DNA from: a virus
Strand: one strand, 5' to 3'
DNA: 64,000 nucleotides
Virus record (IMG/VR): IMGVR_UViG_3300045988_179760
Part shown: positions 18,063-26,100 of the stretch, piece by piece
Layout of the letters: the number at the start of each line of letters is the position of its first letter
How positions within the stretch are numbered: the first letter of the stretch is position 1
Notes under the pieces: model-generated
Seen by the model: only the letters and a program-made list of their open reading frames with translations
Told to the model about the DNA's origin: nothing
Databases searched by the model: none
Translations under genes and position numbers: made by a program

Positions 18063-19070
18063 CTATCCCTTGTGCGTTTTCTCATACCATTCCACGAATC
18101 CCAGCATGGCTTGCTGGAATGATGGTTTGAATTCGCCGTTTACGGGAATGTTTCTGTTGAGTGGCGTGGTCTTATAGTTTTCCGGTAAGGGTGTGGCGCA
18201 CCATTCGGGTGGTATCCGGTCGGTGAATGGTTCCTCGCAATCGTCGCTGAACATGAGTCCTACGGGCTTGCCGTTGAGGAGGATTGTTGCGTGGGGGCTG
18301 ATTTGTCCTTTCGCCAACCGGTATTCTCCTCTTGTCGTGTGTATTGGATAGTGGAAGGTTTCAGGCAGTCCTCCCCGCCGGTATTCGTCGCGTAATAGTC
18401 GAATCGGATTATAGTAGCGTTCCAATGCGGGGTATGCCCATTCGCATCCGCTCCAACAGTCGCGTACCCTGTCCATTCCGTCCCAGTTTTCTTTCGGATT
18501 GGGTTGGATGCTGAGTTTGCGGTATCGGTCGGTTTGGCACCAATGGGTGGGATTGTTCAGGGCATAGTTTGGCGTGGTTTGTTCGGCTAACCGTATGAGA
18601 GTGCTGAGGGTGCATGAAGCATAATGTTGCTTGTCGTATCGTGCGACAAGCCGATACGGGTCGGCATCATCCTTGTTGAATACGGGTTTCAACATGCGTA
18701 AATGTTCCTCCGTTACGGGAATATCAAGGTCGGCGGGTAAGCCCAACACTTCCATCCAACCTCCAAGCCTGTTCGTATCCCACTTGTAATCCTTGCAGTA
18801 TTGCGCTTGCAACAGCCAAACCATCCAACGGCGCACATTCCGCATCAGTACGGGATGGGATGCGAATTCGAGAGGACGCCCCAGCATGTCATGATTCACA
18901 TTATCCGGCGTGGTAATACTGGTTCGATTACCGTACTCGTCCACTGCCGTCACGACGATATTGTGTCCGGCGTCCACAGCCTTGAACATGTCGCTGATGT
19001 TGTCTTCCACGAACGTGGGCGGAATGAGACGCGGCTGGACTTGACCATTAATCGGCACGGAGAGCATCAT
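18063..19070 (-). CDS. hypothetical protein (335 aa), co-directional downstream of the DGR RT
   Basis: ORF track. No recognisable motifs. Confidence 0.55.
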   Translation of the reverse strand: MMLSVPINGQVQPRLIPPTFVEDNISDMFKAVDAGHNIVVTAVDEYGNRTSITTPDNVNHDMLGRPLEFASHPVLMRNVRRWMVWLLQAQYCKDYKWDTNRLGGWMEVLGLPADLDIPVTEEHLRMLKPVFNKDDADPYRLVARYDKQHYASCTLSTLIRLAEQTTPNYALNNPTHWCQTDRYRKLSIQPNPKENWDGMDRVRDCWSGCEWAYPALERYYNPIRLLRDEYRRGGLPETFHYPIHTTRGEYRLAKGQISPHATILLNGKPVGLMFSDDCEEPFTDRIPPEWCATPLPENYKTTPLNRNIPVNGEFKPSFQQAMLGFVEWYEKTHKG

Positions 19071-19678
19071 TCACCATCCTCACTATTAGAGGCGAGTCGG
19101 GTTCGGAGTTCCCTCAACCGGCCTAACCGTTCCTCCACAGCCTGAATACGAACGTCAACCGCAGTCAACGTATCACCATCCGGCTCAGACAACTCATACT
19201 TGCCGGACGACAATCGTTCCAGAAAACTGGTGGGAACATCCCATACCAATAATCGGAGTTTGTCGGGACTGAGATTCAACCCCGTATACAAGCCGGTTTT
19301 AGGCCACATGCCATCCACGAGAGCCACATTCGGCATCATGCGCGGTGGACGGTCGGGCTGATATTTTTCGACTAGGATTCGACCAGCGAACCAGATAATG
19401 TCGCTATCCTGCTTGGAGTACGCGTACAAGTAGTCGTAGGGGTCGATGGTGACTGTGACACGCTTTTCAGCGTCCACGCCCTTATGCCACCAGAAGTATT
19501 TGTCTAAAGCTTCGAACACCAGCCTTTCCACACGAACATTGAACGTCCAAGTCTTCAACTTGTCATCAAACGTTCCACCCAACGCGCGGGAGCGACGGGC
19601 GAACAACGGATTATACGGAGCCTTAACCTTCAAACGGCCATCACTGCGAGTGACCGTAATATCATCAAAACCTGCCAT
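19067..19678 (-). CDS. hypothetical protein (203 aa), co-directional downstream of the DGR RT
   Basis: ORF track. 4-nt overlap with the next gene. Confidence 0.55.
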   Translation of the reverse strand: MAGFDDITVTRSDGRLKVKAPYNPLFARRSRALGGTFDDKLKTWTFNVRVERLVFEALDKYFWWHKGVDAEKRVTVTIDPYDYLYAYSKQDSDIIWFAGRILVEKYQPDRPPRMMPNVALVDGMWPKTGLYTGLNLSPDKLRLLVWDVPTSFLERLSSGKYELSEPDGDTLTAVDVRIQAVEERLGRLRELRTRLASNSEDGE

Positions 19679-19948
19679 GACAGTTTCCTTTCACTCAAAC
19701 GGCATACTCTGACCAATGCGCTGATAACCTCTAAAGCCCCACATGGGCGAAGTCCCGAGGAAGGAAATGCAAGTAAACCCAGTGTAACACCAAGCTGGGA
19801 AGAAAAACTAGCCGACAAGCATGCCGATGTGGAATACGATACAATCCAAGCCTCACGAAATCTCATCCAAACGATTGAGGAAGCGGAAGATTCTGCGCCA
19901 CCGCTTCCAGCAGATTACACCCCTCCACCAATCTGGAAAGTCCGGAAA

Positions 19949-21178
19949 TCACGGGTGAAAAGCCAGCTTCCGCATTTCACAATGCCTCCGATACCACGCT
20001 TTCTCCCGAGCGCACAGTCCACGACGGTGAGTTAGACCCGACAGTGTGCTCTCATGGCTCGTCCAAGAATCCTGAACTGTCCGCAATCCCACATGCACGC
20101 CATCATATGAGCGGATAAGGTTACGCGCATGCCGTCGGCTTGCACGCAACGCCTTATGGTGCATGCAGATAAGAATACTGCCGTCATCCTGTACGCTGTA
20201 TACGCGTTTCAGGAATGTGAGTTGACTGGTACGACAGTCCACTATGCGGGTCTTGCGCTTGTTTAACCGCAATCCCAATTGATTGACACGCCGCTCATAA
20301 CCGGCCAGCACACGTTCGGCCTGTTCACGATTCTTGCAGAAACAGTAGGCATCATCCATATACCGTCCGTAGAATCCTTGCGACATGCACCAGTGGTCAA
20401 CCTTGTTCAAATACCAGATAGCCATGGTTTGGCTTGTCTGATTACCTAAACCCAAGTGAGGTTCGTCCAATACGAAGATTCTCAATACGGTTAGAATCCG
20501 TTCCACATCCTGCTTCTCCCGTCCGGTGCGGGCGATGCTCCGGTACAGGGTGGAAATCATATCGAACGCTCGTTGGGAGCTGATACTTCCGAAATAGTTG
20601 GAACAGTCGAAGATGACAGCATACGGATGCTCCCATTTGCCCAAAGCCCGCTTATAGTGTAGTTCGAACCGTTTTCGGGCGAACGATGTTCCACGTTTCG
20701 GTAGGCTTGCCGCATTATCGTATATCAGTTGGCTTTCCACGATGGGGACGAGACTGTTGTCGCATAAGGCGCGTTGCACCACCCGGTCTCGGAAGGATAC
20801 CGCGCTGATGTGGCGGAGTTTGCCTCGTTCGGAAATGTCGAATCGGATTGGCGCTCTCTTCTTGTATGTGCCGTCCTCTAATTCTTGGGCGAGTTTCCAA
20901 CAGTTGACGGCACGCCTATTGTCGAAGTTCAACACTGTGTTTTTCCACGTGACGCCGCGTTTGCATTTTCTTGCGGCTTGGTAGAGCGCGTCGAATCCGA
21001 ATGTTTGTTGGAAGTCGATGTAACGGTGGAGCTTCCTGTACTTATCATCCGAGCGTTGTTGCAGTCTGCGTTGGCGTCTTCTACGTCTTTGACTCGCATT
21101 CACGATTTTAATGCTTCCTTCACTAGGGAAAGAGAAAAGAATGGTTGAGGGCAGGTCGTCGGCAACAACCCAAGACAT
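19949..21178 (-). CDS. diversity-generating retroelement (DGR) reverse transcriptase
   Basis: RT motifs in order: FRDRVVQRAL, NAASLPKRGTSFA, VIFDCSNYFGSIS, GLGNQTSQTMAIWYL (the DGR-specific GNxTSQ block), YGRYMDDAYCFC (YxDD), RLNKRKTRIV. Lies immediately 3' of the TR. Confidence 0.9.
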   Translation of the reverse strand: MSWVVADDLPSTILFSFPSEGSIKIVNASQRRRRRQRRLQQRSDDKYRKLHRYIDFQQTFGFDALYQAARKCKRGVTWKNTVLNFDNRRAVNCWKLAQELEDGTYKKRAPIRFDISERGKLRHISAVSFRDRVVQRALCDNSLVPIVESQLIYDNAASLPKRGTSFARKRFELHYKRALGKWEHPYAVIFDCSNYFGSISSQRAFDMISTLYRSIARTGREKQDVERILTVLRIFVLDEPHLGLGNQTSQTMAIWYLNKVDHWCMSQGFYGRYMDDAYCFCKNREQAERVLAGYERRVNQLGLRLNKRKTRIVDCRTSQLTFLKRVYSVQDDGSILICMHHKALRASRRHARNLIRSYDGVHVGLRTVQDSWTSHESTLSGLTHRRGLCAREKAWYRRHCEMRKLAFHP

Positions 21179-21373
21179 GCAATGATGTTGGACGCCCAGC
21201 TTAAGGGGCGAGTATCCGTCGTTTCCGACAGTCTTAATATCTCCCTCAACCTATTTCACACGCAACCCATTTTTCGAGGGGCCGCGCATTCGACCATATC
21301 CCCTTCCCCTTCGGGAGGCTTTCACCCATTGGGCTACTGGCCTATCTGATGTTAGTTTTTTGGTAAGAGGAAT

Positions 21374-21526
21374 CGGGGACAACGGAGTAGCGATAATTCG
21401 CATTGTTGTTGTTGCTGGGGTCACCGTTCGAGTTGACTTGGAGGAAATTGTTGCTGTTGTTCGGGTTGGGCGAACGCTCCCACCAATTGTTGTTGTTGGC
21501 ACCGGAGGGTGCTGAACCGGAAACGG
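21374..21526 (-). repeat. DGR template repeat (TR), 153 bp
   Basis: Aligns base-for-base with 22163-22315. All 22 mismatches are at TR T on the + strand, which is A on the coding strand. Contains AAC AAC AAC runs. Confidence 0.9.
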
Positions 21527-21560
21527 AAACACCATTTTGGATATGGCCGGTTTTGTTTAG

Positions 21561-22082
21561 TTATATTTGGGGTTGAACCCAAGTATCCATTCTAGTGGTG
21601 GTCTTTGACTCGACGGTTTTGGCTTTCTTCAACTGGTCTCGCTCGTATCGGACTGCCCCCGTGAACACTCCCATGGCTTTGTAGAGTGTGCCCGCATAGT
21701 TGACAAATTTCTTCTCCTTGATTACGGGATTGTAGGTGGGGTCGCCTTCCTGACTGTTCTGGTAGGCTTTCATGTCGCGTTCTCGTGGTGGATAGTCTAT
21801 CCAGTCGTCTACGAGGCCGGAGAGTGCGTTCAGCATTCCTTGGGCCTTGCATAAGAGTTGCAGTTTCATCTTATGCTCTTCGAGGGTGCTCGCGTAGATG
21901 GTGTCGGCGCTGTAGGCGGCTGTGTACATGTCGTAGGCGATGTGCATGACGTGTATGGTTTCGATGTTGTCTCGGCTTTTGGGCCATTTCCGGAAGAGGT
22001 TTCTGGTGGCGTAGAGTACGATTCTCGCTTGGTTCGCATATTCGCTTTTTGCTTTTGTCCGCTTGCTGGCGGGTACTGTCAT
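21561..22082 (-). CDS. Avd-like accessory variability determinant (helix-bundle protein)
   Basis: Position between target gene and TR, and basic/aromatic helical composition. Size (173 aa) is larger than canonical Avd, so the start may be internal. Confidence 0.5.
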   Translation of the reverse strand: MTVPASKRTKAKSEYANQARIVLYATRNLFRKWPKSRDNIETIHVMHIAYDMYTAAYSADTIYASTLEEHKMKLQLLCKAQGMLNALSGLVDDWIDYPPRERDMKAYQNSQEGDPTYNPVIKEKKFVNYAGTLYKAMGVFTGAVRYERDQLKKAKTVESKTTTRMDTWVQPQI

Positions 22083-22110
22083 AGGGGCTTCTTTCGTGTG
22101 ATGTTTTAGC

Positions 22111-22135
22111 GGGGGTGGGGATGAACCCCACCCCC
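22111..22135 (-). other. GC-rich hairpin GGGGGTGGGGatgaaCCCCACCCCC immediately 3' of VR (DGR homing hairpin/cruciform)
   Basis: Perfect 10-bp G/C stem with a 5-nt loop, 28 nt downstream of the VR end on the coding strand. Confidence 0.7.
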
Positions 22136-22148
22136 TAAAGATGGGGGA

Positions 22149-23132
22149 TTAGAAGGAGAAAGCGGGGACAACGGAGAAGCGATAATACGCAGTGCCGCCG
22201 TCGCTGGGGTCACCGCTCGAGCCGACTAGGAGGAAACGGTTGCTGTAGTGCGGGTCGGGCGAACGCTCCCACCAATAGTCGTAGCTGGCACCGGAGGGTG
22301 CTGAACCGGAAACGGTTTCGTAGATTCCAGACAGAATATTATTGTTTGAATAGTTGTGCATCACCTTGCCTTGGAAATACTCGTATTGACTTCCCTCCTG
22401 ACTTAACGCTGGGAAACCGTTATAGCTTTTCCACCCGTCGTATATGGTTGGTACGAGTTCCCTGTAGGAGACGAGCCACACCTTGTCTGCTGTGGCGGAT
22501 GCGGCGGAGCCGGAAGTGTTTCCGTAGTACATGTTGTTGGTTTGCTTCAATACGGTGGTCACGTTGTTTTGGAAGTCGGTGGGGAATTGGTTCCAGATTT
22601 CCCCAGTGTTCATCCATTGGCGGAGGTTGCTGTCGCGCCATCCGCCTTTGTTGGTGTAGCCGTCAGAAGCACACGTAGTGGTGTTGTCATTGGGCATAGT
22701 TCCGTTCATGCAGTACGCTTTCGGCAACGAGTTCCACGCCATGAACGTCAAACCAGCCTTTTTACCGCTACCGTCGGCCTTGTCGTCGTGGAGGATGCCG
22801 ATGAGTTTGAACGGGAGGTTAGACCCGTCCGATAGGGTGAGCGAACCTTGCGTGCCTTTATTAAGGTTGTCTTCCATTTCCGCATAGTAGGAGCTTCCCT
22901 TGCCTTTGTCGCTCAAATCGTCGGCAATCTGCTTCAATCCTGCGGCGTTGTAGCCCGCATAGCAGACCTTGTCCACGCCGGTCGAACATTTGGCCGGTTC
23001 CGAAGCGATGGCGCTACCGGTGATGAGTCCGCCGCAGACCGCCGCCACGATGGCGAGGGTGGCGAGGATTCGTTGTCCCAAGTGGCGGTTCACACGGTTA
23101 CTGGCGTGCATGCCCATTTTTGTTCCTTTCAC
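22149..23132 (-). CDS. DGR target: signal-anchored surface protein with lectin-like domain and C-terminal variable region
   Basis: N-terminal hydrophobic anchor ILATLAIVAAVCGGLITG. VR (22163-22315) encodes the last ~50 aa, just before the stop. Confidence 0.85.
   Translation of the reverse strand: MKGTKMGMHASNRVNRHLGQRILATLAIVAAVCGGLITGSAIASEPAKCSTGVDKVCYAGYNAAGLKQIADDLSDKGKGSSYYAEMEDNLNKGTQGSLTLSDGSNLPFKLIGILHDDKADGSGKKAGLTFMAWNSLPKAYCMNGTMPNDNTTTCASDGYTNKGGWRDSNLRQWMNTGEIWNQFPTDFQNNVTTVLKQTNNMYYGNTSGSAASATADKVWLVSYRELVPTIYDGWKSYNGFPALSQEGSQYEYFQGKVMHNYSNNNILSGIYETVSGSAPSGASYDYWWERSPDPHYSNRFLLVGSSGDPSDGGTAYYRFSVVPAFSF
22163..22315 (-). repeat. DGR variable repeat (VR) at the 3' end of the target gene
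   Basis: See TR. Differences are confined to template-adenine positions. Confidence 0.9.
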
Positions 23133-26100
23133 TTACGGTCTTCCTTTCTCAACAGGATGATTGCGGTGACGAGTCCCAGAATGCTGACGAGTATGAGGAT
23201 TGGCAACAGTAAGCCCATGCCGGTGTGGGGCATGCTCATCATCCATGTTTCTGGTAGGACGCCCGCGTCCACATTCTCCTTGTCCGGCTTATCCTGTGTG
23301 AGGATGATGGTGAACGTGGATTCACCGTACTTGTCGTCGCTCGTGTTCGCGTCGGAGTCGGTGGAACTCGCGTCATTCGGAATGTCCATGTCGTTCGCAT
23401 CCGGCTTGGTGAACTCTTGGTGGGTGACGCGGCTGAATTGGATGGTGTACTGGTCGCCGTCCGCGTCCAAGTGTTCGAACTTGTACTTGCCGTCCTTGTC
23501 GGTCTTGGTGGATGCCACCTGCTTGCCGTCCTTGTCATAGAGAATTACGGTCTGGTTGGCGAACCGTTTCGATTCGCTGTCGCTTCTGACTCCGTCCTTG
23601 TCAGTATCCTCCCAGTAGAGTCCGCTGATGGTGCCGAGCTTCTTCGCGCTGGCGGTCGGGGTGATAGTGGTGCCGACTTGGTCGCAGGAGTCCTCATCAC
23701 CGGTGCTGAACCAGTGTTGGCGTCCATCCTCCGCATAGTCCGAGTCGGTGCGGCATGTCATGTTGCCGGTCACGTCGCTGGTGTTCGAATCCAGTTTGGA
23801 CGCGTCCGGATTGTCCGGCGTGGTTTTACCGTTCGCGTGCGGCGTGCCCGAATATGGCGTGTGTTCGGAGTCGAACCATGCCTGATTGAGGATGGTCTTC
23901 GTATGCTCCTTGACCCATGTGCTGATTTGTTCGTCCGTCCACTTGGTCGTGTCCGTCGTGTCACGGTCAACGGTGCCGGTGAAATGGTAGATGACGTAGC
24001 CTCCCGGTTCAATACCGTATGGCAGATTGTACGTGCGTGTCGTCAACCCCTTCTCCGTGGACTCGCTCAACGGTTCGACCGGTACGGCGGTCGGGTCGGA
24101 CGATACGACCATTCCCTTCAAACCGGTGGAACGTGCGCCACCCGTCTTGCCGTCACCATACGGGTCGAAGCCCGCAATCATGACCTGCTTGCCGACAATG
24201 AGCACGTCACGGTCGCCGCCCGCAACGTCGGATGCGGTAATGCCCGTATCGATTGGCGTGGAAACAATATCCGCGTTGCCGCTCGTACTGCCGTTGGTCC
24301 AATACCTGCCTGTACCGGTCTTACCGTTCGCTAATTGGCCGTCACCATTCCAGCCAGCCGCCCACAAGTGTTGGTTCTTGTCGATGGCGTAGAAAGTGTT
24401 GTATCCGCCACCGATACGGGTGATGTACCTCAGATTAGACACATTGGACTGGTCGATACCGCTATCACCTCCGCCGACGAGCACTATCACTGTACCCGCG
24501 TCAGTCAACCCGTAGGCGTTGCCGAATGAGGCGACAACTTGCGTGAAACCAATAGAGAAAAACTCGTCGCCGTCCACCACACAACCGCCGTAGGACGTCA
24601 ACGCGACCCACCTGTACGTGCTGGCGCTGACCTGCGTGAACGTCTTACCCGACTGGATTTGCGTCCACGTTGAATACGAGGTGGAACTGACTTTTCCGAC
24701 CACCCACAAGGTGCCGTCACTTGCTATCGCCACAGTGAACTGGTTGCCGCACGCCACGTCAACAAACGTCTTATCTTCTGCGACTAGAGTCCACTGGTCA
24801 CGATTATCCGTATCACCCGTACCCAATTGGCCTTTACCGTTCCAACCAGTCGTGTACAAGTGGCCGTCCGTGCTGATGGCGGCGGAGTGTTTGCCACCGG
24901 CGGCGACTTTCAGCCAACTACCGTTCACGATGGTCGGCTTGTTCACGTTCGTTGGGGTAGCGGTATTCGTCGTGTCAGGCTTGAAACCTAATTGACCATA
25001 CTGGTTGTTACCCCACGCATACAACAAGCCCTCGTTCGTCAACACAAACTTATGGTCGCCACTCGTCGCAACCTGCTTCGCGCCACCAGATTCGATGGAA
25101 ACCGTACCGGCGGTAGCGGAAACATCATGCACATCAGCGCTCATACGGTCAGAAACGACACTGGACGTGTCAAAACGGCTAGTGCCAGAATTCTGTACTT
25201 TGACATCCCAGTTGATGACGCATTTCGTGTCGGTGCAGCTGGTGCCGGTGACGGTTTTGTCCACGGTGGCTTTCGGGTCTGGTTTCGCATACCCGTAGTC
25301 CACGTTTTTCTGGTCTGCGCCGATGCCTAGGTGGATGTCGTCGGACGTGTCTTTCGCGTTGGACTTGATTTTGTTCGACCAGCTGCGCGTGTTCGTCACG
25401 TTTTCGAGCTTGTTGTAGTAGGTTTTGACTTGCGTCTGTACGCCATCACCCGTACTGGTGCCAGTGTTGCGTTTCACCGAAGTACGGTAGGTGCCGGAGT
25501 GGAGCAGGTTGAACTCGTAGTAGCCGTCCTTGTCGGTCTTCACCGTTTTGACGGTCTGCCAGCCGCCGCTTGAATCCTGCTTGCCGAGGGTGACTTCCAC
25601 TCCTTCGATGTGCTCCTCATTGTCACCGATGAGCGTGTTCTCATCCTTATCCCACCAGACGGCGCCGCTGATGCTACCGGCCACTACCTTCGCCACGTCA
25701 GGCCACGGCTGGTTGCCCGCCGGTTTGTCGGAAGCGTCGGAATAATAGTTGCGGCCAAGCCACAGCGTGTACTTGTCGTCTTTCACATTGTCGGATGGGG
25801 TGAGCGTGATGGTGCCGTTCACCGCCGAATAGGACAGTTTATCGTCGGACGCGACGACAGTGCTGGTCAGTCGGATGGCGGTGATGTTCTTCTTCTCGGT
25901 GGCGGACAATTCATCCCATGTCTTCCACTCGTAGTCAGCCGGGTTATCCGACTTCTTTCCGGTGGTGGTTGAATAGTAGACGGTCGTACTGGTCGAATTG
26001 TCCATATTGACCGTGACGGGCTGGGTCAGTTCGTAGGAGCCATGATAGTTGCTGTATCCACGCTCATATTCGACCAGCTTGTCCTGCACGTACTTCTCAT

